Shown: positions 12,381 through 27,299, counted from the first letter of the stretch. The stretch: 64,000 nucleotides of DNA from Octopus vulgaris (GCA_951406725.2 OX597816.1:32674001-32738000), one strand, 5' to 3'. A program made the numbers and translations. Notes: generated from the letters alone by a model not told the origin.

Positions 12381-15300
12381 GAACGAAACACTTTGTAGCA
12401 GCATCTGTCAACTTGTGTTAAGTATATACATCGGGAAAGCCTCCAAGGAACAAAAGTCAATGAAAAATATGGCAATCATATAAATCATTGAATCATATGT
12501 AACTATGCTTAATGTTAATATCTATAAAAGGCTCTCTTGTTTCACGTTAAGAAACACCTGTAAAAATATGTATAACGAAAAGTTTCATTGCTTTGTTTCC
12601 GAAGGTTCCCATCAAAGGAATATCAAGCTTACTACACTGTAATATAATATACATGCCGTATATTTTGAGACCATTCGTGGTGCAGCAACTTGTAAACTAA
12701 GTTATGAATATATATTGTTTGTTTTTAGTGTGTTATATATGGCTCTCGTGTTTGTTATATGCATAAATCACAATTGCATTTTGCTTCTATATTAAATAAT
12801 GTGTAAGTGCCAAAACAATTTTACATCACAAGTAATTTAGAAACAAAACAGAAATTTAAATAACACTAAATTTTAGTTAGCAATACAAGAAAGACATACA
12901 AACGGTGTATATTCCATCATAATACTTTTTGTTTCAAGATTTTTGCATTCAGCTTTGTTAACCACATATAATCTACCACGAACTTTTTCACCTAAGCAGA
13001 CAAATTTACTATTATGAATATTTTACAATACCACTCTAGGAAATCAATATCCATTTAAAATATTTTGGTCTCAGAACTTACGGACGTCTATTTTGTGCAA
13101 AATTCTTGCATTTCATTGAATTTTTCACCGTTACATTTTTTCACCAATTGCATTTCTTTGGTCTATATTTTGTATTTATTTTATTTCAATCTGTCATTTA
13201 CCTGTTTAAAAGTACAGTTTATTTTCGATATAAGTGAATCAGAATCAAGCCGGCTCACTCTTCAAAGAAACAATCAATACTTAAGTGGTTTCTGCGAATC
13301 TTCACCACCACTTTTGTAAGAATGTTTCATTTCTCTAAGAACTAAAACACAAGAGCAAGAATGGAAAATATTTCCCATCAATCTAAAAACAAATAACAGA
13401 CTGTTTCTCTGCAATAAAATAAACCCAGAATAACTCATTTGTTTCCGACTAGGTTTTTGTTGACTTTGCTATTTTGATGTTATTTTATTTCAATTGAGGT
13501 TAATCGAAAAGTTAAGGTAGCAACAACAGAATATTTCTAACAAACTTATTAGAATGCGTTTGCATAAAAAGCCTAAGATAAAACAATATAATAAATTATG
13601 TCTATTATAAAAAAAGAACATAGAAAACATAAAATTTGTTTTACCAATTTAATCGATTGCCGTATTGTCTTTTACTTACTGAAATGTAATTTTAAATGCA
13701 GCTGTTCGAAATTTTCACAGGCGTTTCAAGATTACTATGTATTCCACAACAATGAGGTATTCATTATAGCATTATATGATAATTTTATGTGAAAATATAT
13801 TTACGATGGAATCGGATTTCCATGAAAATATAATTCACTCACGTATAATATAACCAAAAATTATAAAAATCAATGTTATATATGTCAGTATTCCTATAGG
13901 ATATGTCGCCCAAAATTATTCGGAATATTCACGAGATACATTTCTCATCAAATCTTCGTGCTACTTTTCTGCAGTGATGGCGCATATTTTTCTTACGCCT
14001 CTAAAGTATATTGCCAGCAAAGTTAGATTTCTCTTCCTCCATATTTCACAATTTCAAAAATTATATATCACTTAATTTGCTTTCTGCTGATAATATTTAG
14101 TAAATAAATAATACAATTTTTATATTTGTACTGTTAAGGATATCAAATAAGATTGTTGATGGTCAAGAAACAGACAAAATGTTAGGCGAAAAATATTGAG
14201 TGGCCGATGCAAAATTCTGGTGAGTGAATGTTTTCTGAATTTCTAACATATATTTTATCTATGCACTGCTTGCTTGCTTGCATATTTGCTTGTTTGTTTG
14301 CTTGCTAGCTTGTTTGTTTGTTTACTTGCTTGCATGCTTTTTGTTGTTTGTTTTATACACCTGCTTGGTTAGGCTGGGGTCATCCCAGATTAGTAGTCCC
14401 AGAGACGCCATCATGTGTAAAGCCGACCTAGTCCATCGGTATTCTCTGTCGCTGCTGATTTTGTACCAACCCTTCGGCATTCTGCCAATGTCATACTTGA
14501 TTATGTTTCTAATATTTCAAACAAATTATTTGTATATATGGGATCTTTTCGGTTTGAACGGCAGTTTTTAACACAATTTTTAGGTAACTAAAAAATTTTA
14601 AACTTCGTATACTGGTAGAATATTTTTATAAAACATATTTTTCTCTTGGCTTTATTGAGAAAATTCTATAGTTTGTAAGATATTTGTTGTTTTTGTTCTT
14701 CAATTTCTGAAATTTCAACCAATCACTGACGTCTATTGAGGTAAAAATCATTCTGTGTCGTATGAATATGTCTCTCGTTTAAGAAACAGATTGGGTTTAT
14801 TTACATTTGTGAAGAAAAAAGATACTCTTCCCCCACCCCTAACTCTAACTAACCCTGACCCTAAAACAGATTGAAATGCAGTAGATCGATACTAGGGTTA
14901 TACTTATGGGTGACAATTTCATGTGACATAATCTACTTGGACACTCCACTATGGATAATCTTGAGACAATATAGATTGATGGCGTAACACGGCAGCAATT
15001 CTTCAATAAACGGAACAGCTTAACATTAATGTGTAGAAAAGTGAGAAGAGGTCTACAGTGAATACGTATAGCATATAATATGTATTTCAGAGCTATAGAC
15101 CATTAGCGTCGTTTCTTCAATTTCTTTGAATATGGTATATCAATCTTCATTTGTATCAGCTGCAAAAATAAAGATACTCGATATCAATACGTTCTTCATA
15201 AAAATATCATCAGTAGAGTAGTCGAACTTACAAAGCGTCTCGATGAAAGTGGTACCTTGTTTTACGTTCTGATATTTATGAACGGAAACATGAATGAAGC

Positions 15301-16649
15301 TTTCTGTATAAATAATGATTCTTTGGAAAACCAATCATTACATTCCATTAGGCCAAGAGAGGATTAGATATATGCAGTATGAGGTCGGTGCGCCCAAATG
15401 ACCATTGATATATTTTATTATTGCTTTTGAGATACATAAGATAATGAAATGCATCAGTTTGAATAGATAGGTCTTGAGCTATGCTCAGTCATCGTCAATA
15501 TGCACATTCAATAGAAATAATGCTACATCAAACCTATTAATAAATTAAGCAGTTTAGCTTTAGGGCTAGCTCTTAAATAAATGAATTTGTTGTTGCATTT
15601 GTGCATCGAATTAACAAATAAATGCTATCATATTTGGTGTGAGAATATATCGCCAAGCATCTACAAGACATAATAGCAGTTGATATAAAAATAATAAGGA
15701 AACTGACCTTGAATGCTATCCTTTAAATTGTTCTTATTGAAAACGTCCCTTTAAGAAGTGGAATCGTAGCCAAGGAAGTCATGTTTGCAAATGTTCTAAT
15801 ACACATGTAGTTGTTAGATTAGATAGAAACAGCTAAATTCAGCTTGATACGTAATTCATAGCTGATATATAAAATAAAAATATGAATGTATAATTTCTCG
15901 AGTGTGACAGCACGTACGTTTACCGTGTGTATACGCGTTCGTTTCTTCCTTTTAGAGCGTTAACATTCTGTGGGAGAATAGAAATGTTTTAAGATAATAT
16001 TTTAATTTCGAAACTAATAACCTGCAATTAATATGTTCGAAAAGAACATTGGGATACAGGTGCAAGCTTAAGAGCTATTCTCAATGTCGAACTTCGTACC
16101 AAATCATAAAAATATGATAATTTTACCCATAAAGTCTAATGCATATACAGCATATATATGTGCGTGAGTGTATGAGTGTGAGTGTGTGCATGTGTTAGAG
16201 CGAAAAACATTTTATACATTTCTGCAATACTTTCCCGTTGCAGCGTCAATCAGAAGGCGTACTAAATGAGATCGATGAAATGCCAGAACAGTATTGATCT
16301 GGCTATCTACCTTCTCGTTCACCTTTGAGCTCAAAACACACCATAGCATCATTCGACGATAGATTTAATCCACTCACCAGTTTCCTATTGCTGCGTGTCA
16401 AATTTGGGTATTTTGCAGGCGTCCAAACTTTCGCAAGGTTTTGGTCCAAGACACGAGTTCATGATGCTATATTCCTTTCCTCTTATCAGAAATGTTGATC
16501 CTGTAAAGTGTCACGGAAACTGTTCACTCAGGGACTAAACGAGAATGCATTGACATCGTGATTCATTCTTTTAACATTAACAAAATATGAATGTACCATA
16601 TTTGTGCATTGAGTAAGAGAGAGAGAGAGAGAGAGAATTTGTTTCTAAT

Positions 16650-16681
<32 letters not shown>

Positions 16682-16685
<4 letters not shown>

Positions 16686-17575
16686 TGTTATATTTCGGAA
16701 TGATCGTATTGCCAGTTTAGCCAATAAAAACACATGCACTATATATTTGGTGTTATTTTGCTTCAGTGCTATTTATTTTTTACATTAATCTTAATCTTAT
16801 TTCGGCCAGAGTTCTTTCGTCACACTCCTGTGACCGCATCAGTGGTCCTTTGTTTTCTTCTTTCTTATTTGTGTCTCTCTTTACTAACTGTCAGCCATTT
16901 TGTATTTTCTATTGTATGTCTTGATTTGCGCATGCTTATATCACTATGTGCGTCTATGTTTATTTATCGGGTGTATGTGGGGGGATGCCTGTAATATTTG
17001 TATCTTCTGTTTATATATGTTCATGTAATTTGTATTTTGTTTTTGTTGGTTTTGTTTATTCTTATTTTGTTCATGTGTTTACATCCACTTATTACCATCA
17101 TTACATATGCTTGTATGTATGTATGTATATAACAACAATACTAGTAATAACAATAATAAATCGAATCGAAAAAAGAAATGTCATGATGATAATAAGTGGA
17201 TGTAAACACATGAACAAAATAAGAATAAACAAAAACAACAAAAACAAAATACAAATTACAGGAACATATATAAACAGAAGATACAAATATTGCAGGCATC
17301 CCCCACATACATAGAGATATAAGTATGCGCAAATGAAGACATACAATAGAAATACAAATTGGCTGACGGTTAGTAAGGAGATACACAAATAAGAAAGAAG
17401 AAAACAAAGGACCACTGATGCAGTCACAGGAGTGTGACGAAAGAACTCTGGCCGAAATAAGATTGAGATTAAAGTAAAAAATAAATAACCATGAAGCAAA
17501 ATGACACCAAATATATAGTGCGCGTGTTTTTATTGGATAAACTGGAAATATGACCATTCCGAAATATAACAATAT
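16682..17575. repeat. About 400-bp inverted repeat between (TA)n tracts, each arm with a hammerhead variant
   Basis: Arms ~16682-17105 and ~17178-17575. The ORF track shows mirrored peptides (FRPEFFRHTPVTASVVLCF on both strands). Motifs at 16804-16848 (-) and 17409-17453 (+). Confidence 0.92.
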
Positions 17576-17628
17576 CTGTTTCAACACACGACTTCACATA
17601 AAAAATCTTGCACAACAAATATTTAAAC

Positions 17629-17686
<58 letters not shown>

Positions 17687-17691
<5 letters not shown>

Positions 17692-17964
17692 TGTCCATAA
17701 CCGTATAATTTATCACAATAATGACGCTACTCGAAAAAGGTCTACAGAAATGTCTAAAAACGCTAAGTGTTTGCTTCTTCCATGATTATGAGTAAGTGTT
17801 TCATTTATTTCTTTGCTGCATTTATCACTGATGAAGGGAGGGTCCTTACGAACTAACCCTGAAATCGGTCCGATATGGTAATAGCGGAATTTAAAAAAAA
17901 ATTCTGTCAACGTTTTTCGAGTAGTGTGCTTATTGTGATAAAATATATGGTTATGGACAATGTG
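17687..17964. mobile_element. MITE with TIRs of about 35-65 bp (Tc1/mariner-like, TA site)
   Basis: CACATTGTCCATAACCGTATAATTTATCACAATAA pairs with TTATTGTGATAAAATATATGGTTATGGACAATGTG. Inner CTACTCGAAAAA/TTTTTCGAGTAG also pair. The left side is preceded by TA. Confidence 0.8.
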
Positions 17965-18099
17965 TCTAGTTTCAGCATATTTGGCATTAGACATTTTTTC
18001 GTTCCCTCTTAATTATAAGTTTTTTTAATTTTAACCTTTAAAGGTATTTTCTAATATACTGGCCATTGAAAAACCTTTTTTCGAAAATAAATTTATCTT

Positions 18100-18188
<89 letters not shown>

Positions 18189-18605
18189 AAAATAAGAAAC
18201 AGGATATCAAGTAGTAATACAGTACGGCCGTTTGAAGCAATTCCATTTACTTGAACAATGCAATGATTACATCAATTTAAATTTTGTAATATTACTGGTG
18301 TTATTGCACGTATGAATTTTTAGTTTCTAGTGGGTGGGATTCAGTCGAAAGGAGACTAACAAATAGTCACTACATGTATGCCTAATATCATCAGTAAGGA
18401 AGAACATCAGAGAAAGGAATATAGTATGTTCCCCGAAATAGGATGAATTCAGAGTAACTAGGTGGCGGCTATCGTGGGATAATATTACATATATCACACC
18501 ACATAACAGCATATTGCTTATAAGGTATGTAACGCAATATAATGCAACATATAACATAATATCACATGATTTTTTTAAATATTCAATACTGGAGGCTACG
18601 TTTAT

Positions 18606-18645
<40 letters not shown>

Positions 18646-18669
18646 TATATCTGTGTATATATATGTATA

Positions 18670-18737
<68 letters not shown>

Positions 18738-18815
18738 ATATAAAATATATTATATATACAGGACTAGTATATATATATGTATGTATATATACATATATAT
18801 ATACATGAATATGCA

Positions 18816-18853
<38 letters not shown>

Positions 18854-18863
18854 TACATACATA

Positions 18864-18896
<33 letters not shown>

Positions 18897-20393
18897 TATA
18901 CATATATATACGCGCGCACACACATATAGAGTCTGTCGTTGGGTTAGTTGCCAAAAACTTCGAAGTTACTCTCAATAACATTCTTATATATCAATGATAA
19001 ATATGTACTCTACAAATGTATAGGGTAACTCATCACAATTAGCGCAAAATAGTTTCAATAACTGAACCTAAAAAAAAAACATTAATGCATATACATAAAA
19101 TTTAATACAAGGGAAATAGTGTCTTCTATGCTAGGCACATGAAATTTCGTATTACATTTCCATTATCAAATAACATAAACAGTGAATAATTTAGAGTTAA
19201 ATATGTTGCAAAATTATAGTTTTCTGCTTGGGCCTAGTGTATTCCTTTCGTGCGACTAACTGTACATATTGTTAAATATGAAGCACAGCTCACGGTTGTG
19301 AAATTATTCACAATAATCAATAGTTTTAATGTAGAAAAATATAGGCTTATTCTTAGTCCCATTCAGTGCTCAAATACATATAAAATAATATAAAATTGCA
19401 CTAAATACTGGGGTATATATTCAAATTAAAGCTATATACTAACAGTTTCTAATTTCGACACAAGATAGGCAGTACGTCGGTACATCAAATCCAGTGTTCA
19501 ACTGGTACTGATTTTATAGATACGGAAACAACTAAACGCAAAATTGCCCTCAGCAGAATTTCAAACCAGAAAGAATAGACGGACAATTCCCCTAGCTTTC
19601 CTTTCGTCAATTCATATCAAAATAAGGACTAAATTTTAGCTGAAATGAAATGAAATGGCTAGATATGCATTTGCGAACGTGCATGTATGTGTGTGTATGT
19701 CCTTGTGCGTGGGTGTATTTGTGCTTGAGTGTGTTTATGCATTTGCGTGTAGGTCTGTTTTTATATGTGAGAACGTGCCTGACCGGTGTGTGTGTGATTT
19801 TCCTATCTCGCATAACATTTCTAAATTTACATAGCTGCGTGATTTAATTTCTCTTTCAAGCAAATTCTTACTCTGTGTAGAAGCTCACTGGGTATTTCTA
19901 AGAATGACTTTTACAGAAAAAAAAAACCACATTAGATCTTCTTTTAAGGTATCATTCCCTTCTGAGTACATATTATATTTTTGGAGAAAAGATAGGACTA
20001 AGATGTCGCTATTGCATTAGAATACAGTATTTTAAAATTTGTATAACGTCACCTTTACAGTATTTAGGAGATTTTGTGGAAATAACTTAGGCAGTAATAC
20101 AGTAACTGCCTGCCAAAATGTAGAATTGGGAGAACTATGAACACATGAGTAGGATATTTAAAAATTTTTTTCAATTAGTCTAAAATTACTTACGTATGAA
20201 TATAAGATTGATGTTTATCCTCTGCCGAGATTTATTATACATATATTCATGTGAATATATAAGTTCACACAGGTAACAACTTGATATACGATATAAATAC
20301 AGTGTAGGTATAAAAGAGGAATATCTACTCTTAAAAAAGAGTGAAATCAAGAAAAGAGTAACACACATATACAACTTATATATGCATATATAT

Positions 20394-20436
<43 letters not shown>

Positions 20437-20604
20437 TTAGGGAATAAATCCAAATTTACAGGGAAAAAATCAGATTTAGGATTAAATCCAATTTTATAGT
20501 AAAATATTATAAAATATTATTAGTGACAAAACCACTATTTTGCAAAACAAACAAGGAAAGACTTAATCAATACATAAAATTTTAATAAATAGTCAAAAAA
20601 ACCG

Positions 20605-20647
20605 CCACTACAATTGTTTCCTGTCTTGATCGACAATCTTCAGGTGG
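20605..20647 (-). ncRNA. Type-I hammerhead ribozyme motif
   Basis: Exact reverse complement of 22071-22113. Confidence 0.85.
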
Positions 20648-22070
20648 ACTTCCAATCTAGAATATCAATATTTTAAAATATAAAAATAATAATTTTAAAA
20701 TAATTAAAGTATTAATGAAAAAATATAAATATATAATCCATATATAACCTATATATAATCCATATATAATCAATATATAAACAATATATAAACTAAAATA
20801 AACCTATCAACAATTAAATATAAAATATAAAATATAAAATATAAAATATAAAATATAAAATATAAAACAAAACAAAAAAATAATAATTAATATAATAATA
20901 AACTATATATACACCCATACACATATAACTAATTATATATAACCATATCTAACTACATACACTAAATCACACTCCTATATATATATCCCTATACATACAC
21001 ATAAAAACGTCTAGGCAACTATAAATAAATAAAATAGCTAAATACTTCAACACAATACTTATTCATACTCTCACACACACACATACAACCCACATTCACG
21101 CTCTAGAAACGGACATCACTTAAAATTATGAACGGAGAAATGGAATAAATGGAATTAAAAATTATATTCACTTGGTAAAACGAACACTACTTAAAAATTA
21201 TGAATGAAACAATGCAATAAAACAACAGACATCGCAAATAGACACAAATTACTACGAATTCCTTAACAAACCTACCATGATAAACCAAAACTCCTAAAAA
21301 CATATAATAATAAAATCTCCCTTTACTAAACTCTATAACATACCTATATAGCAATCCCCCTAACCTAAACATTCACACACAAATACACACACGTAAATCA
21401 CACACCCACGACATATACAAATACCCACACCACTTACACATACCTATACATACAAATAAAACTCAACATATACTCCAAAAACCCACTCAACCCCACACAG
21501 ACAAATAAACATAAAAATTATGAATGGATTCTTTTATAAAACTACCATGATAAGCTAAAACTCACAAAAACATAAATGATAAAACCTCCCTTTACTAAAC
21601 ACTATAACATACTTATATAGCAATCCCTTTAACCTATACATTCACACACAAATACACACACGTAAACCACACACCCTTAACAAAAACAAACACCCACCCC
21701 ACTCAGACACACCCGCAAGTACATATAAGCATCAACATATACACCAAACAAAATTACTATACCAAGGAACTTAACATATGTATAAAAAGTATAAACGCTC
21801 TGGAAACGAACATCTTATAAAATAATGAATGGAGAAATGGAATAAATGGAATTAAAAATAATATTCAGGTGGCAAAACGAACACCACTCAAAAATTATGA
21901 ATGAAACAATGTAATAAAACAACCAACATCGAAAATAGACAAATTACCACGAATTCCCTAAAAAAAACCATGATAAACCAAAAGTCTTAAAAACATATAA
22001 CGATAAAATCTCCCTTTGCTAAACTCTATAACAAACCTATATAGCAATATTGATATTTTAGATTGGAAGT

Positions 22071-22113
22071 CCACCTGAAGATTGTCGATCAAGACAGGAA
22101 ACAATTGTAGTGG
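22071..22113 (+). ncRNA. Type-I hammerhead ribozyme motif
   Basis: CCAC-CTGAAGA-TTGTC(GATCAA)GACAG-GAAAC-AATT-GTA-GTGG. Stem I CCAC/GTGG, intact core, palindromic ACAATTGT stem III, GUA cleavage triplet. Confidence 0.85.
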
Positions 22114-22205
22114 CGGTTTTTTGACTATTTATTAAAATTTTATGTATTGATTAAGTCATTCCTTGTTTGTTTTGCAAAATAGTGGTTTTGTCTCTAATAA
22201 TATTT

Positions 22206-22700
<495 letters not shown>

Positions 22701-23226
22701 ACATATGAAATTTTACGATGCTATAATATAATGCTTCCAAATTCTTACTGTCATATATGTTGCCTTTTTTATATCTGAACAAATGAGGTAGTTTACTCGC
22801 AATCTCATATTTTATATTTTGTGTCACACCAATGTAAACCTTATACAAATAATGGTTCTATACATACCAATAGCACACACTATATACACTGAACACATGG
22901 TGGGTAAAGTCATTACTATGAAATTGATATGAATTTTATGATGTGAAAAACAAAACAAAATGACAAAATAGGTGGAAATATTACTAAGGTTCGTGAATAT
23001 TGTAAAAGTACATAACAATGAAAATCTATTAAATGAAAAATAAATTATTGTTGCCAAATCACCTTTAAATCACTCAGTACAATTTTTTGAATAGAAAAAT
23101 GTAACTTTTGTTTCAAAATATATTGCACAATAGCAAGCAGGGCTCCTGTGATTATAGATGTGCGTAAAGATTGCACATCTGGTACTAAGTTAAAACAAGA
23201 GCCAGTACTACAACTTTCCCTACAGC

Positions 23227-23440
23227 TAATACTGCTACCACCACTACTACTGCTACTACCACCACCACCACCACCACCACTACTACTACTACTGCTACTA
23301 CTACTACTACTACTACTGTTGCTGCTGCTACTGCTACTGCTGCTACCACCACAACTACTGCTACTACTACTACTGCGCTACTACTGCTGCTGCTGCTACC
23401 ACCACCCCCAATACTACTACTACTACTACTACTACTACTA
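23227..23440. repeat. Compound (CTA/CCA/CTG)n trinucleotide microsatellite
   Basis: Direct observation. Confidence 0.95.
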
Positions 23441-23807
23441 CGTTATCGTGCGTGTAGCGTACTCTTTTGATAGAGCTTAACGGTATAGATATGTAAAGGC
23501 ATATGCTGGATTTCAAACACTGAAGAACTGCACACATTAATTAGCATATCTGGAAATAGAATGTAAGCAATAAGTTCGGAACAGTTACAATATGGTGTCT
23601 ACTATGTTACCAGGAATGCAAATGCGTTTAATGAAATATTGATATTCTGCAATTAATTGCTTTCATGTTCACTTCATACGAGTACATATGACTTGTTTTG
23701 GAAATATTTGTCAGAGCGGTCTTCCAAGTCTTTAACGTCCAGGTACAGAAGACATACGTTGAACATTAACTTGACAATTTAGTTTGACAGCCGAAAAAGC
23801 TCTCTCC

Positions 23808-23892
<85 letters not shown>

Positions 23893-23897
<5 letters not shown>

Positions 23898-24260
23898 TCA
23901 GAGATAAAATCACTAATAGGCAACTCAAACAGTGATAGACATAAACCAAAACATAAAAAAACAAAAAAATATATATAATTACTATAAAAATTGAAAAAAT
24001 TAAAAATATAAAAATATAAAAATTTATAAATATAATTTTATAAATTTAAAATTTTAACAATTTAAAATTTTATAGGTTATATATATTCCATATTATATTA
24101 ATTATATTTATTCTTGTTTTTATGTTTTTGTTTAAGTCTATCACTGTGAGTTGCTTAATAGTGGTTTTATCTCTAATTTAATTCATATTTATACTGTGAA
24201 ATTTGATTTAATCCTAAATCTAATTTTTCTATGTAAATTTGGCCATACTCCCTAATATTA
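23893..24260. repeat. Short inverted-repeat element in (TA)n, related to the terminus of the 20432 element
   Basis: 23893-23960 pairs with 24116-24181. 24182-24259 is the reverse complement of a sequence resembling 20433-20515 (AATATTAGGGA...CCAAATTTACA...AGATTTAGGATTAAATC). Confidence 0.75.
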
Positions 24261-24266
24261 TCATTA

Positions 24267-24304
<38 letters not shown>

Positions 24305-24332
24305 TGTGTGTGTGTGTGTGTGTATGTATATG

Positions 24333-24372
<40 letters not shown>

Positions 24373-25287
24373 TTTAATATGTATATATATGTGTGTGAGT
24401 TTGTATGTGTGTGTACATGTCCATACTACACATATATCCCCTTTCTACATCTCTTCAAAATGGTATTAATTACTATTTTTTCTCTTCGTCTCTAGATATA
24501 CATTACCTACCTTGTATTAGCCCCGCCCTAACTAGCAAAACGTGTGACATTCCTTAAGACATTTTGCGTGATACGAAAATAATTTACTTATATTTCTAAT
24601 ATAACTGTCGATTTTATATGCAACTATGTTAGCGCTTACCGCTTTGTAAGTCCGACATTCAGGTCCCACGTGCACTACTTCAATTTTGTGTAACAAGGTA
24701 TGTTATCATGTTTTCTTCTCGTCTCTTGCGATCAACAACATTTCCCCTCTAGCAACTGTATGTTCCACTTATTGACCAGGCTATAGTATAAGATATTGTT
24801 ATACATTCAATCTGAATGAATGTGGAACTTCTGCTGTTCCCCACAAAATTCAGAACGTTTGGTGGATATTATAGGTCAGAGAATCGGTCAATATTCATAA
24901 GAATATATCATTGACTAAATTATACTGCTGACAGTGAGGTTGTAACAGATCACCTGGGAGTCATAAAGAGATCTTGCAGACATGAACTTCAAAATTTTGC
25001 AAAACCTAAAACTGAAAATAGAACAATAAAATTACGACGAGAGATATTCTGAAAACAAACTGTCTACTATGAAAAACCACTGTGCATAAAAGACGTTTAT
25101 GTCAATAATACTTGATATTTATGTTTCTACATGTAAATAGGATTCATAATTTTGATTTTAGTATCATTTTATATATCCATAGTTTATTGCTGAATTAGGC
25201 TTGAAGATACAATCTAAATCTAAGTCTGGAAGATACAGACTAAATCTACCCGTAAACGTCTTTTAAACATCTTTCCAATAATAACAT

Positions 25288-25760
25288 TTAAATAGAGAAA
25301 AATAGTTTCCATGTCGTTAGTTTACTAGGGTCAAGGAATATGTGAACCAGAGAATTCGCTATGCAAATAATTACATTCATAGCTGTATAAGAGAGGTTAA
25401 TATTTTGAGCAGAGATATACATAAAATACGGGAAAATGGTTAAACTGAAGATAAAAAGCTCTGCTATTTTTGATGTAACAGAATTTGTCAACATATCTGT
25501 GAACTTAATCATGTTCATATTTTCCATTTACAACACGCACACCAAGTTGGAAAGTATAATGAGGCACTGTGGTATATGCATAATGCTGCCAGATGTACAA
25601 CCTTCCACTGCTAAGGGGAAGACATCAAGAGCAGGATACAGAGCATGCATAGCAACCGATTCTCCTGTATAACAGAATTTTCTACTTTTTACCTCTCAGA
25701 CATCGGTGAGTCAATGAAGAGATCAAGAGAGAAATGGAAAATGAAGCCAAACTCACATGA
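25288..25760 (-). pseudogene. Probable rhodopsin-family GPCR pseudogene fragment (TM4-TM7)
   Basis: One frame with an internal TAA reads KFCYTG...YPALDVF...IPQCLIILSNLVCVL*MENM...SKIAELFIFSLTIFPYFMY...NVIICIANSLVHIFLDPSKLTTWKLFF. Spacing and motifs fit ECL2 Cys, TM5, TM6 (xPY) and TM7/helix 8. Confidence 0.45.
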
Positions 25761-25879
25761 TGTTACTTAAGTAATCTATATCACCAGTGTATTTGTTCCG
25801 ATGAATTAATTTCCTACATATTATCTCCACATATAACAATTATATTCTTAACGGTATAAGTGATACGCTTAATGGCTAT

Positions 25880-26350
25880 AATAACAATAATATCAATGAT
25901 AATGATCACTCCTTAACTAAGAATATTAAGAGTAATATGACTTGTTATTGGGATCCTCGGAAATTGAAGGGTTAAAACTGTAGTCTACGAATGCAAGGTT
26001 ACTTCCAAAGTAAGGACATTTTCTATGCTGGCCCTTGCTCCACTGAGATAAAAGAAAACGCATAGCTGAATATATTTCTACATTTGAATATATTAGCAAA
26101 CTTAATACTACAGGTCTTAGCAAACTAATATGGCATCTCAAAGACTCTAATAATGAATTTACTTCAGACTGGAGAATTTTGTCAACATCGTTGCCTTATG
26201 ATGAGAGCAAATATTTGTTCCCTCTTTGTACGGATGAACAACTGTTTATACACTTTACCCAAACATATACTTATCAGCAACTATAAAGAACGTGTTGACA
26301 GGTGTTTACATTGGATAAAACACACTTTCAGCGATTTCAAATTATATCAA
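25880..26350 (+). mobile_element. Degenerate Penelope-like element, GIY-YIG region
   Basis: VVYECKV...FYAG...KRIAEYISTF...TGLSKLIWHLKD...DWRILS.SLPYD..K..PLC aligns with the C-terminus of ORF 30077-31177. Confidence 0.85.
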
Positions 26351-27144
26351 TTCTGTCGTGGCGAAAATTATCTGTAATTTTCACTCTATTCTTTTCAGTC
26401 AACACATCTTATTCTATTCTTTCCGCTATCGTTTCTATCCATTTGTGATTCACTTTCTATTTACACGGTCTTCCATTTCATATTTAATTTTCTTTCTTTC
26501 TTTCTTCGCCTCCTCTCACGATTTATGAAGTCAAGTTTCTTTACGTTTTAAAAATTACTACCGTTCTCTACCCACCTTTTGTTTTTATATATTATATATT
26601 ATAAATTCTTACATTTGTAAACATGGCTTACTAATGAACAATGTTATTTATAATTTTCACCCACATGAGGTTGATACATTATTCCACTTAATTTTTTCCA
26701 CCGAAAAACTGTATTAGAGATTTTGCACTTATATAAATCACAACATTGGCCAATCCATAAATAGTTATATACATTTCATTTGAAAGATATCGTTATGCAC
26801 ATTCTCCTTAGTCATACGGCAAACAGGTGAAACGCACATCTTTCAAAAGTACTTGTCACCTTTCTCAAACTATTGTTACAAGAGAGACAAATATTCTCAT
26901 ATTCAGTATTTAGAGAATGTATGTAACTTCACAAAAAAAGTGACGTTTCCCAGTAAATTATAACCATTCTTCGGGTGATTCATCAAGGAATAATAAAATA
27001 TAAACCCTTATAATATTCTTTCAAATATTATTCTCGGCAAATTTTGAAATATCTTGGTATCGCGATTGCTAATGATTGGAAATCATGTTCCACTTGCTTG
27101 TACGTTTAGTTTATATACAAGTGTGTGTGTGTGCATGTATGTAC

Positions 27145-27299
<155 letters not shown>

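Larger units (their letters stand above)
20432..22205. mobile_element. 1.8-kb non-coding PLE-derived element in (TA)n: inverted arms of about 155 bp with canonical hammerheads, and internal tandem repeats
   Basis: ~20512-20670 is the reverse complement of ~22048-22205. Internal blocks repeat at ~21100/21797 and at ~21272/21542/21968. No ORF. Confidence 0.85.

Noticed and set aside
14832-14865. Telomere-like CCCTAA units
   Set aside because: There are only a few degenerate units inside what looks like an interspersed repeat (~14535-14935). This is not a telomere or a supported interstitial array.
21100-22047. CRISPR-like or satellite array
   Set aside because: The repeats are long, diverged blocks without regular unique spacers, the context is eukaryotic, and there are no cas genes.
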